DNA of 37,855 nucleotides from Eledone cirrhosa. Its lineage: Eukaryota. The translations under genes and the position numbers were made by a program. Shown here piece by piece: positions 1 through 13,214 of the stretch (position 1 is its first letter; the number at the start of each line of letters is the position of its first letter). Location: NCBI GenBank assembly GCA_964016885.1, contig CAXHJY010001568.1:1-37855 (forward strand), in the 5' to 3' direction. The notes below the pieces were generated by a model. It saw only the letters and a program-made list of their open reading frames with translations. It was not told where the DNA came from and made no database searches.

Positions 1-974
<974 letters not shown>

Positions 975-1293
975 GAAATACTGTTGGCTTCTTGCTCACA
1001 TTAATTTCTCTATTTTCATTTAGATATATATATATATATATGTAGAATACGAGAATACAGAATATATATATATATATACATATACATGTATATATATACA
1101 TATACATATATGTATACATATACATATATGTATACATATACATATATGTATACATACATATATATATTTATATATGTATATCCGTATATGTATATATATA
1201 TATATATATGTGTGTGTGTTTGTGAGTATATATATATGAATATACACGCATCTGTATGTATGTATATACGTATATGTATGTATATATGTATGC

Positions 1294-1359
<66 letters not shown>

Positions 1360-1636
1360 TTAGTAGAGAAATATTTATGAGTACTAAGCTAAATATATTC
1401 TCTCTCTCTCCCTATATATATATATATGCCCTCTGCCGCTCATTTCGAATATTGTTTATCGTGAACTCGTGCGCCGATTTTTCGATACTCGATCTTTCTA
1501 ATATATATATATGTATATATAGGGAATATATATATATATATATACATGCATACGTACATAGACCTACACTACATGTATATATTTATAGATGCATGTATAT
1601 TATATATATATATACATATATATACCTTTCGCTCTT

Positions 1637-1756
<120 letters not shown>

Positions 1757-1879
1757 CCTGATCCAATGTATTTTGTAGTAGTTGTTATTTCTATCACAGT
1801 ATTCTGCTTATGTTCTTGTTAAGTCCTATGTTTGAATGTTTGCAATGTCTGATCAAGAAGATAGAGTTTAAGCGGGAAA

Positions 1880-3020
1880 GTGTTTGTATATATGTGTATG
1901 TGTGTACATATGTGTGTGTGTGTGTGTGGGTATATGTGGGTTTGTATGTGTGTGTATATATGTGTGTGTCTGTGTCTATATATGTGTGTATGTGTTTGTG
2001 TGGTTATATCTGTGTGTGTCTGTGTATATTTGTGCCTGTGTGTGTGAGTATGTCTGAGTGTCTGTGTATATATATGTGTGTATGTTTTTGTGTGTGAATG
2101 TATGTGTTTTTATATATGTGTGTGTCTCTGTGTGTATTTGTGCCTGTGTGTGTGTTTGTTTGTGTGTGTGTGTGTGAGTATGTCTGTGTCTTTGCCATAT
2201 ATGTGTGTGTGTATGTGTGTATATATGTATGTACGTATGTGTGTGTGTGTGAATGTATGTTTGTTTATATATTTGTGTGTCTCCGTGAGTATTTGTGCCT
2301 GTGTGTCTATGTATGTGTGTGTCTCTGTGTGCGTATGTCTGTCTGTGTGTGTGTGTCACTGTGTCTGTATGTCTGTGTGTGTCTGTGCTTGTAGTTGTGT
2401 CAGTGTTTCTCTCCCTCGGTCTGTGTGTGTGTGTGTGTGTGTCTATATGTGTCTCTGTGTGTATGTGTGTATGTGTGTGTATGTGTGTGTGTGTGTTTGT
2501 GAGTGTGTGTGTGTCTTTGTTTGTCTCTGTTTATGTGTGTGTTGTTGTGTGTGTGTCTCTCAATCTGTATGTGGGTCTCTGAATGTCTCTGCCTCGGTCT
2601 GTATGTGTGAGTGTGTGTGTATGTGTATGAGTGTGTGTGCGTTTGTGTATATGTGTGTGTGTGTACCTCTGCCTCTGTCTCTACAGTGTGTGTATGTGTG
2701 TGTGTGCGTGTCTGTGTGTATATATGTGTGTGTATGTGTATATATGTGTGTGTGTGTGGACATATATGTGTGTGTGTACATATGCCTCTGACTCTACACT
2801 GTGTGTATGTGTATATGTGTGTGTGTGTATGTGTATGTGTATATGTGTGTGTGTATATGTGTATGTGTGTACCTTTCCTCTGTCTCTACAGTGTGTGGGT
2901 GTGTAAGTGTATATATATATGTGTGTGTGTGTGAGTGTATGTGTCTATCTATCTCTGTCTGTGTCTCTGCTGTGTGTGTGTGTATGTGTGTCTGTCTCTG
3001 CTGTGTATGTGTCTGTGTAT
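1880..3020. repeat. Degenerate (TG)n/(TGTA)n low-complexity tract
   Basis: Direct reading of the sequence. Confidence 0.9.
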
Positions 3021-3022
3021 AA

Positions 3023-5431
3023 ATACCCCAACATAACCTACCCCAACATAACCTACCCCAACATAACCTACCCCATCTAACCTACCACATCTAACCTACC
3101 CCAACCAACCTACCACCACATAACCTACCCCAACATAACCTACCCCAACATAACCTACCCCAACATAACCTACCCCATCTAACCTACCCCAACATAACCT
3201 ACCCCAACATAACCTACCTCAACATAACCTACCCCATCTAACCTACCCCAACATAACCTACCCCATCTAACCTACCCCAACATAACCTACCCCAACATAA
3301 CCTACCTCATCTAACCTACCTCATCTAACGATCCCCCACCTTAACCAACCCGAACATAACCTACCCCATCTAACCTACCCCAACATAACCTACCCTACCA
3401 TAACCTACCCCATCTAACCTACCCCAACTCACCTACCCATCTAACCTACCCCAACTCACCTACTCATCTAACCTACCTCATCTAACCTACCCCAACATAA
3501 CCTACCCCATCTAACCTACCCCATCTAACCTACCCCATATAACCTACCTCCATCTAACCTACCCCACCATAACCTACCCCATCTAACCTACCCCATCTTA
3601 CCTACCCCCATCTAACCTACCCCACCATAACCTACCCCATCTAACCTACCCCATCTTACCTACCCCCATCTAACCTACCCCACCATAACCTACCCCATCT
3701 AACCTACCCCCACCTTAACCTACCGCCTTCTAACCTACCCCTATTTAACCTACCCCAACATAACCTACCCCATCTAACCTACCCCACCATAACCTACACC
3801 ACCATAACCTACCCCACCATAACCTACCCCACCATAACCTACCCCATCTAACCTACCCCAACATACCTACCCCAACATAACCTACCCCAATATAACCTAC
3901 CCCAGTTAACCTACGCCATCTAACCTACCCCAATTTAACCTACCCCACCATAACCTACCCCCACCTTAACCTACCGCCATCTAACCTACCCCATATAACC
4001 TACCCCACCATAACCTACGCCATCTAACCTACCCCAACATAACCTACACCAACATAACCTACCCCATCTAACCTACCCCACCCTAACCTACCTCCATCTA
4101 ACCTACCCCAACATAACCTACCCCATCTAACCTACGCCATCTAACCTACCCCAATTTAACCTACACTAACATAACCTACCCCAACATAACCTACCCCATT
4201 TATACCTACGCCATCTAACCTACCCCCAATTTAACCTACCCCAACATAACCTACCCCATCTAACCTACCCCACCTTAACCTACCTCGATCTAACCTACCC
4301 CACCATAACCTACCCCATCTAACCTACCCCAACATAACCTACCCCATCTAACCTACCCCATCTAACCTACCCCACCTTAACCTACCCCCACCTTAACCTA
4401 CCCCAACTCACCTACCCCATCTAACCTACCCCAACATAACCTACCCCATCTAACCTACCCCAACATAACCTACCCTATCTAACCTACCTCAACATAACCT
4501 ACCTCCATCTAACCTACCCCACTTTAACCTACCCCTACCTTAACCTACCCCAACATAACCTACCCCATAATAACCTACGCCATCTAACCTACCCCAATTT
4601 AACCTACCCCAACATAACCTACCCCATCTAACCTACCCCACCATAACCTACCCCATCTAACCTACCCCAACATAACCTACCCCATCTAACCTACCCCATC
4701 TAACCTACCCCACCTTAACCTACCCCCACCTTAACCTACCCCAACTCACCTACCCCATCTAACCTACCCCAACATAACCTACCCCATCTAACCTACCCCA
4801 ACATAACCTACCCTATCTAACCTACCTCAACATAACCTACCTCCATCTAACCTACCCCACTTTAACCTACCCCTACCTTAACCTACCCCAACATAACCTA
4901 CCCCATAATAACCTACGCCATCTAACCTACCCCAATTTAACCTACCCCAACATAACCTACCCCATCTAACCTACCCCACCTTAACCTACCTGCATCTAAC
5001 CTACCCCACCATAACCTACCCCCAGCATAACCTACCCCAACATAACCTACCCCCATCTAACCTACCCCATCTAACCTACCCCAACATAACCTACCTCCAT
5101 CTAACCTACCCCAACATAACCTACCCCCATCTAACCTACCACCACCAACACCTACCCCATCTAACCTACCCCCACCTTAACCTACCCCCACCTTAACCTA
5201 CCCCAATTTAACCTACCCCAACATAACCTACCCCATCTAACCTACCCCAACATAACCTACCCCCATCTAACCTACCCCAACATAACCTACCCCACCAACA
5301 CCTACCCCACCTTAACCTACCCCCATCTAACCTACCCCAACATAACCTACACCACCAACACCTACCCCATTTAACCTACCCCCACCAACACCTACCCCAT
5401 CTAACCTACCCCACCGTAACCTACCCCACCT
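3023..5431. repeat. C-rich minisatellite, 14-16 bp unit: AACCTACCCC core plus variable 4-5 nt (AACAT/ATCT/ACCAT/ACCTT/AATTT); contains a 338-bp higher-order duplication (4288-4980)
   Basis: Continuous tandem units. Rare variants recur 338 bp apart: CCCCAACTCA at 4401/4739 and TACCCTATCT at 4471/4809. Confidence 0.95.
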
Positions 5432-5639
5432 AGACATTACAGGCCTCTCTCAGCATGTAATGTGTGATATATCTGGTAGGGGACTAGCGACTGCTATATT
5501 TACAGCTTTCCCTGTAGTACAACACATAACAACACATTTACTGCCTTTAGACATTACGCTGCTATTTTTCCGCTGTCATGCCGTAGTCTATGTCGATGTA
5601 ATATGTGTGTATAGACAGTGGGTATATATATATATATTT

Positions 5640-5716
5640 ATAGGAAAAGGTATGACCCCGACGGCAGAGCTCAAGCCGTTTCGACGGCTATTTCTAGACT
5701 AAATTAGAATTTTTAG

Positions 5717-5718
<2 letters not shown>
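5640..5718 (-). mobile_element. Family A hammerhead element, short-end fragment (stem II to stem I 3' strand)
   Basis: Homologous to 13685-13741. Minus strand reads GGCTA..TTCTA..TAGAA..TAGCC-GTC-GAA-ACGGC-loop-GCCGT-C-GGGGTC; flanked by (TA)n. Confidence 0.75.
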
Positions 5719-5747
<29 letters not shown>

Positions 5748-5752
<5 letters not shown>

Positions 5753-5894
5753 TTTCTGATTTAGGCACAAGGCCAACAATTTTGTTGGAAGAGGGGAAAG
5801 TCGATTAAATCGACCCCAGTGCGTGACTGGTACTTTATTTTATCGACCCCGTAAGGATGAAAGGCAAAGTTAACCTCGGCGGGATTTGAACTCA
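5748..5894 (-). mobile_element. tRNA-derived SINE, 5'-truncated, with Meta-domain-like body
   Basis: Reverse complement of the copies at 9643-9831 and 11535-11716 (GCCTTTCATCCTTACGGGGTCGATAAAATAAAGTACCAGT); B box GTTCAAATC. Confidence 0.85.
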
Positions 5895-5916
5895 AATAAT
5901 AATAATAGTAATAATA

Positions 5917-5965
5917 GGGGTGAAAGCAGCGATTCTTTGCTTAATTTTTAATCTGTTGTTTTAAT
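5917..5965 (+). repeat. Dispersed repeat family C, terminal fragment
   Basis: GGGTGAAAGCAGCGATTCTTTGCTTAA...TAATCTGTT.TTTTAAT then (AT)n; also at 24284-24335 (+) and 11392-11440 (-). Confidence 0.8.
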
Positions 5966-5992
5966 ATATATATATATATATATGTATGTGTA

Positions 5993-6067
<75 letters not shown>

Positions 6068-6121
6068 GAATGGATGGAGAGATGGGTATATATATATATA
6101 CACACACATACCTATCCATCC

Positions 6122-6223
<102 letters not shown>

Positions 6224-6328
6224 TGTGAATCCCGGGTTCAATCAGGGATAACCACAGTAGGGTACTCAATACATATATGATTTCCTTGGAATGAAACAGT
6301 TCTATTCCTGTAGAAGCCATTTCTATAT
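6224..6328. mobile_element. Family B hammerhead element, head-to-head arrangement (long 3' end on minus strand 6224-6273; partial ribozyme arm on plus strand 6277-6328)
   Basis: Both parts are homologous to 36875-37076 and 6574-6691. Confidence 0.75.
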
Positions 6329-6364
6329 CATATATATATATATATATATATATGGTTGGATGGA

Positions 6365-6400
<36 letters not shown>

Positions 6401-6573
6401 ATGGTATGCTTGTATGGGTAGATGTATAGTATATGTGTATGCATATATATATGACTAGTATGTATAAACATCTACGAATGTATGTATGTCTAGATTAACC
6501 GATGACTGGTATATATAGATGGTATATATATATATACGATGATGATGATGATTAAAATGTTATATATATATAT

Positions 6574-6688
6574 CTGATGATTTCTCCCGAATGAAACAGT
6601 TCTAGTCCTTTTTATATTAAAAATGTATACTCTGCTATGTATTGAGTACCTTACTTACTGTGGTTACCCCCCAATTGAACCTGGGATA

Positions 6689-6691
<3 letters not shown>
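6574..6691 (+). mobile_element. Family B hammerhead element, cleavage site deleted
   Basis: CTGATGA-T-TTC-TCCC-GAA-T-GAAACAG-TTCTAGTC-CT, then GTATTGAGTACCTTACTTACTGTGGTTACC; (TA)n on both sides. Confidence 0.8.
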
Positions 6692-6728
<37 letters not shown>

Positions 6729-6766
6729 TATTTCACAAAAAAATTCACTGAGACAGATAGTTAGAT

Positions 6767-6824
<58 letters not shown>

Positions 6825-6845
6825 GTCTATCTATCTATTTATATT

Positions 6846-6886
<41 letters not shown>

Positions 6887-7186
6887 TGATATATATATAT
6901 ATATATATATATAGCGAGAGAGAGAGAGAGAGAGAGAGATAGAGAGATCTAAAGATGTGCCGAGACCCTTTCATTCCAATTTACACATCTACTATGTAAC
7001 TGTGTGTGTGCAGGTTTACATGACTCTGCATGTGTAACGCTTTATATTATGAATTTCATGTGTACATTATACGCATGTTTGTATAAACATGCGTATGTAT
7101 ATATGCAGTTATTACATGCTAAATTTCTGGAACGTTTTAAATATTTTTTGCAACTTCATTAATGGACTGTATGTTATATAGCTATT

Positions 7187-7228
<42 letters not shown>

Positions 7229-7360
7229 CATATGTGTGTGTCTGTCTGTCTGTGTGTGTAAATATGGTGTATATATATATATATATATATATCTGTGTGT
7301 GTGTGTGTAAATATGTTTGTTTGTGTATCCACGTAAATAAATATATATGCATAGTTGTAT

Positions 7361-7472
<112 letters not shown>

Positions 7473-7825
7473 TATGTGTATATGTTGTGTGTGTCTAAAT
7501 GTATATGTATGCACGTATCGATATATAAATGCATATAAATGTGTGTGTGTCTCTATGTACATGTATGTACATATATATGAGTGTATATGTGTATGTATGT
7601 ATCAGTGTATTTATGTACATATATATGAGTGTATATATGTATGTATGTGTATGAGTGTATGTATGTATATGTGTGTATGGTATTTTCACACGTCACTAAT
7701 GCACTAGGGAGAGGCTTCTGCATTAGAAATATCAAATTTGCTATCACCAATAAATTCTTTATGACTTTGTAAACAATGATGCATTTCATACATACATATA
7801 TACACATATACATACACATAAATAT

Positions 7826-7906
<81 letters not shown>

Positions 7907-7994
7907 TACATACATAGGTACATACATATATACATACAAAGCTTCATGCATGTACACATACATAGATATATGTATATATGTATAAATACATGCT

Positions 7995-8025
<31 letters not shown>

Positions 8026-8036
8026 GATATGCAAAC

Positions 8037-8067
<31 letters not shown>

Positions 8068-8179
8068 ACGGCCACCATCACCATATCTATATATATATAC
8101 ATGCATACATATATACTCACATGCAAATGTATATGCACGCATAACTGCATATTAACACACATACATGCATATATACATA

Positions 8180-8252
<73 letters not shown>

Positions 8253-8599
8253 CTGTGTGTGTGTGTGAGTGTGTCCCCCACATTTATGCAGGAAACTATT
8301 TCTCCCTCACACATATTCGTGGTGTGTGTGTATGTGCAGTTCTGTATATTGAATCATATGCATATATATATATATGTGTGTTACCTTATAAAAACATATT
8401 CCTACACATACATGTGTGGATGGATAATTATTCCATACACACGTGTATCCTGACACCGCGTATTACAGGTACAGTTCAACCATTAAGACTGGGTCAATAC
8501 GAATTTGTAGAATATGACCCTTGGTCCAAATCCAAAGGATTGATGTTGAACCCATAATTGTTTAGCAAATATGGTTTCTGCTTTAGACATAATTATATA

Positions 8600-8650
<51 letters not shown>

Positions 8651-8670
8651 GTATATATGTATGTATGTTT

Positions 8671-8684
8671 ATATGAATCCAGTT

Positions 8685-8733
<49 letters not shown>

Positions 8734-8771
8734 GTATATATGTATGTATGTTTATATGAATCCAGTTTATG

Positions 8772-8802
<31 letters not shown>

Positions 8803-8860
8803 ATATGAATCCAGTTCATGTATATATATGTATGTATATATATATATGTGTATATATGTG

Positions 8861-8891
<31 letters not shown>

Positions 8892-9029
8892 ATATGAATC
8901 CAGTTTATGTATATATATATATATATATATGTATGTATATATGAATCCAGTTCATGTATATATATATATATATGTATGTATATATGAATCCAGTTTATGT
9001 ATATATGTATGTATATATATATATATGTT

Positions 9030-9063
<34 letters not shown>

Positions 9064-9154
9064 TGTATATATTAATCCAGTTTATGTATATATGTATATA
9101 TGAATCCAGTTTATGTATATATATATGTATGTATATATGAATCCAGTTTATGTG

Positions 9155-9210
<56 letters not shown>

Positions 9211-9300
9211 CATATATATATATATGTATATATGTATGTATGTATATATGAATCCAGTTTATGTATGTATATATGTATGTATATATGAATCCAGTTCATG
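8671..9300. repeat. Compound minisatellite: 11 copies of ATGAATCCAGTT(T/C)ATGT separated by variable (TA)/(TATG) runs
   Basis: Counted by eye; one copy has ATTAATCCAG. Confidence 0.9.
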
Positions 9301-9465
9301 TATATATATATATGTATGTATGTATATATGTATGTATGTATGGTAAGTATGTATATATCAATCGAATTTATCTATGTATATATATTATTTATGCTTTGGT
9401 ATTATGTGGCTAGGCTCGCCTGCCGCAGTTTTCAATTTGTCAAGCTGTCTAACGTATGTTATTAC

Positions 9466-9640
9466 TGGATTGGCAGTATCGGACGCCATGCTTTGACGCA
9501 TAGAGTTACGGCCCTTGCCGTTCTGAGTTCAAATCTCGCCGAGGTTAACTTTGTCTTTCATCCTTACGGGGTCGATAAAATAAAGTACCAGTAATGTACT
9601 GGGTTATTTCTGGTCTTGTGCTAATAGTAGAAACAGTTAT
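9466..9640 (+). mobile_element. tRNA-derived SINE (Meta-domain-like), first copy of a tandem pair
   Basis: A-box-like TGGCAGTATCGG, B box GTTCAAATC, conserved body. Confidence 0.85.
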
Positions 9641-9642
9641 TA

Positions 9643-9831
9643 CTGGATTGGCAGTATCGGTAGAGGGTCGGACACCATGCTTTCCACTATAGTTACGTCC
9701 CTTTACGATCTGAGTCCAAATCCCGCCGAGGTTGACTTTGCCTTTCATCCTTACGGGGTCGAAATAATAAAGAACCAGTAATGTACTGGGTAATTGCTGG
9801 CCTTGTGCCTCAAGTAGAAACGGTTATTACT
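9643..9831 (+). mobile_element. tRNA-derived SINE (Meta-domain-like), second copy of the tandem pair
   Basis: Same head and body, ends in TTATTA. Confidence 0.85.
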
Positions 9832-9931
9832 GTAAGATGATACAACCTTTTCGAGTGCTTTACTGCATATTCCTGATTGTATACCGTTAGCTTGACCACA
9901 GCCAAAACTTCGATTTCACTAAACTTCCATT

Positions 9932-9983
<52 letters not shown>

Positions 9984-9984
<1 letters not shown>

Positions 9985-10565
9985 TACTGGTGACATGTGT
10001 CCCAGTACAACCTGTCTCATGGTCGGGTCGTTGGCGACTAAACTGGCAACCCCACCAAGGTTTCTTGGTGAGGAGGCTGACTCTGGACATCCAGCAGGAT
10101 TAAAAACAAAACCTGTCAAAGGGCAAAGGAGCTCTTAAGAGTCAATGGCCATCCAAATTCACCGGGAGAGATGACCCCTTAGCCTTTGTCAAGGCAGAAT
10201 TCTAGGAGAAGGAAAACTCTGATATAACATCTGCAACCCTGATGGTATCCAACGATGTTGACTTGTTCATCTTTTTGGTAAATATCATCTTGGTTAAGAG
10301 AGTGGGACTTGCTTTGTGCAGTGCCTTTGCTCACTATAAAAGCTTCACAGCACAGGCATTGCTTTGTATCTGGAGATCTCTCTGCACTTGTCATCACATG
10401 GTACCATGGGCCCAGCACTATGTGTCGATAATTGTCACATGTGTAGTGTTTGTACCAGAGTTTTCAAGTCGCTGGCTGGACTAAAAAGTCACACTTGTTC
10501 AGCGAATCGGTAGGGGTTCTCCTACATGGATATAAAGTAGTGGCCGTACTCGAAAACGCCACCAT
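9984..10565 (+). mobile_element. Possible RTE-type 5' UTR-derived non-autonomous fragment
   Basis: GC-richer island between (TA)n tracts. Contains TCTAGGAGAAGGAAAACTCTGA, which I recall from RTE-clade 5' regions (not searched). No credible ORF. Confidence 0.4.
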
Positions 10566-10725
10566 ATATATATATATAAATATAACTTTAATGACCTCAA
10601 CTAAAGCTAATAGCAGTCGCCAAGTCTCTGACTGACTGGTGTGTCTCCATATGAGGGAATGAATTCTGTGAGAGAACATCGTTATTTTTTCTCCCTCATA
10701 TCAAGAATTTGAAGACAATTCATTT

Positions 10726-10799
10726 TCACCTGATGAGATTAGTGATAATCGATCATGGCTTCACAATCGATCTATCTCTTATTGAAACATGTGTCGTGA
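10726..10799 (+). ncRNA. Type I hammerhead ribozyme candidate (long imperfect stem II)
   Basis: TCAC-CTGATGA-[47-nt imperfect hairpin]-GAA-ACA-TG-TGT-C^GTGA; GUC cleavage after 10795. Confidence 0.7.
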
Positions 10800-10854
10800 T
10801 TAAATGATTGGAATTTTACCTTGCCTTCGGATTTTCATTTTGATATATATATAT

Positions 10855-11010
10855 GGAAGTACGTGGCCTAGAAGTAAGGGTGTTGGTGTTATGACATTAC
10901 TTTGTCGGTTCAATTCCTGAAGTGTGTTGTGGGTTGTGTGTTGTGTTCTTGAGTTAAACACTTCATTTCACATTGCTCCAGTATATTCAACTGAAAATCA
11001 GTACCAGCAA
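10855..11010 (+). mobile_element. Degenerate tRNA-derived SINE, CORE-like
   Basis: A-box-like TGGCCTAGAAG, B box GGTTCAATTCC, body TGTGTTCTTGAGTTAAACACTT similar to 23841-24088. Confidence 0.65.
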
Positions 11011-11185
11011 TAATGGTAGTTACCGGGATTAAATTACCATAATTGTTTAATTCATTATATACATTTCTGTTACATGACTTCGCCAGATGCTTATGCAAAG
11101 ACACATGAATAACCATGTAACAGAAATATATATAATGCAATTAACAATTATTGTGATTTAATCCCGTCTTAACTGTTATTGATGG

Positions 11186-11370
11186 TTTGGCAGCATCGGT
11201 AGAGGGTCGGACGCCATTCTACAACGCATAGAGTTACGTCCCTTTCCATTCTGAGTTCAAATCCCGCCGAGGTTAACTTTGCCTTTCATTTTTACGGGTT
11301 TGATAAAATAAACTACCAGTAATACACTGGGATAATTGCTGAACTTGTGCCAAAAGTAGAAACAATTATT
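11186..11370 (+). mobile_element. tRNA-derived SINE (Meta-domain-like)
   Basis: Collinear with 9643-9831. Confidence 0.85.
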
Positions 11371-11391
11371 TGATATATATATATATATATA

Positions 11392-11530
11392 TTAAAATAA
11401 CAGATTAAAGGTTAGGCAAATAATCGCCGCTTTCGCCCTTAACAGGTTCTTATATATTTGATATATATTTGATATATATCTATCCTGATCGAGCCCTCTT
11501 TGGATTTTAGTGTTCCCATTTCTTATTATT
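11392..11530 (-). repeat. Dispersed repeat family C
   Basis: Reverse complement matches 24170-24335 (AAGAGGGCTCGAT...TCAAATATATAAGAACC...GTTAAGGG.GAAAGC.GCGATT). Confidence 0.8.
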
Positions 11531-11534
11531 ACTA

Positions 11535-11716
11535 TAGTATCGGTAGAGATTCGGACACCATGCTTTGAAGCATAGAGTTAAGTCCCTTTATGATCTGAGT
11601 TCAAATCCCGCCGAGCTTAACTTTGCCTTTCATCTTTACGGGGTCGATAAAATAAAGTACCAGTAATGTACTGGGTAGTTGCTGGCTTTGTGCCTAATAT
11701 AGAAACAATTATTATT
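11535..11716 (+). mobile_element. tRNA-derived SINE (Meta-domain-like)
   Basis: Collinear with 9643-9831. Confidence 0.85.
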
Positions 11717-11781
11717 ATATATATGTGTGTGTTTATATGTATCTGTATGGACATATATATATATACGTGTGTATGTATCTG

Positions 11782-11812
<31 letters not shown>

Positions 11813-11813
11813 T

Positions 11814-11891
<78 letters not shown>

Positions 11892-12237
11892 TGTGTGTGT
11901 GTGTGTATGTGTGTGTGTGTGTGTTTATAGATAGATACCAACACATGTAAGACATCATCTCAGAGGTTCATCTCTAAGGAATTGGCAGTCTCCAGACATA
12001 TCTACCCCGTCCCCCTATCACTCACCCTCTCCACCTATCACTCACCCCTCCACCTATCACTCACCCCCTCCACCTCTCACTCACTCTCTGCACCTCCTCC
12101 TCCCACAGACATCTCTAGGAATTGTTTTTGTTTTGTTTTAAACATGTCATCTTTATACTTTTGTTTCATTGTGTTTATAATGGTTGTGTGTGTGTGTCTG
12201 TGTTTGTGTGTGTGTATGTGAGAGAGAGAGGGAAAGA

Positions 12238-12770
12238 GGAGGTGGTGTTAGTGGTGATGGTGGCAGTAATGGTAATGTTGTTGTTGATGATGATGCTGGT
12301 GGTGGTGCTGATAGTGATGATTGTGTTGGTAGTGATGATGGTGGTGGTGGTGATGGTAATAGTATTGTTGATGGTGGTGCTGCTGGTGGTGGTGGAGGTG
12401 GTGTAGTGGTGGAGATAGTGGTGATGACGGTGATGGTGTAGGCAATGATGATGGTGGCGATGGTGATGGTGGCGATAATGAAGTTAAGAGACAGAAGGGA
12501 TGTAGTGGTGGTGTGGTAGTGATGATGGTGGTGGTGGATGGGGTGTATAGCTGGGGTGGTGGTGGTAGTAGTGGTGGTGGTGTGGTAGTGTGGTGGTGAT
12601 GGTGGTGATGGTGGTGGAAGTGGTGTATAGGTAGTGTTGATGGTGGTAGTGGTGGTGTGGTGGTGTGGTGGTGATTGTGGTGATGGTGGTGGGGTTGGTA
12701 TATAGGTGGTGTGGTGTTAGTAGTGGTGGGGGTGGTGATGGTGTGGTGGGGTCGGTGCTATGGCGGGGCG
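12238..12770. repeat. Degenerate (GGT)/(GAT)n trinucleotide tract
   Basis: Direct reading of the sequence. Confidence 0.9.
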
Positions 12771-12898
12771 GAATGTGTTTGTTTATTTGTATATATCTCA
12801 GTTATGTCTGTGAGATATGAGATGTTCCGTTGTTGTAACTTACTCCCGTCTACACCTGTTTCTCTGTAATTCCATAGCTTTTTGCAACATTAAATGTT

Positions 12899-12952
<54 letters not shown>

Positions 12953-13041
12953 CGTGTGTGTCATCATGAATGGACCTGTTATTTTTATCTAAAGACATTT
13001 TTTCCAATTCGTACCTTCAATCTATCTTATTTCTCATTCTT

Positions 13042-13077
13042 TCTTCCGATGAAGGACTAGCGTCCGAAACGTTAAGA
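13042..13077 (+). ncRNA. Minimal type I hammerhead ribozyme candidate, Penelope-like
   Basis: TCTT-CCGATGA-A-GGAC-TAGC-GTCC-GAA-AC-GT-T^AAGA; palindromic ACGT stem III; U4C core variant. Confidence 0.7.
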
Positions 13078-13182
13078 CCCTCTTCCTGCTATTTAAAGCG
13101 TTAACCTAATATATTCCTTACATTTACTGTACCGATTGTGTTGTTATTTCTGTTTAGCTTTTACACACACACACACACAAAC

Positions 13183-13214
<32 letters not shown>

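Noticed and set aside
3023-5431. True telomere
   Set aside because: Internal position, and the unit is neither TTAGGG nor pure TTAGG
8671-9300. CRISPR-like repeat-spacer appearance (also 3023-5431)
   Set aside because: Spacers are microsatellite or 4-5 nt, repeats are too short, there are no cas genes, and the context is eukaryotic
12122-12445. Val/Gly/His-rich ORFs (also 26779-27444 and 31274-31728)
   Set aside because: Trinucleotide or polypurine low-complexity sequence
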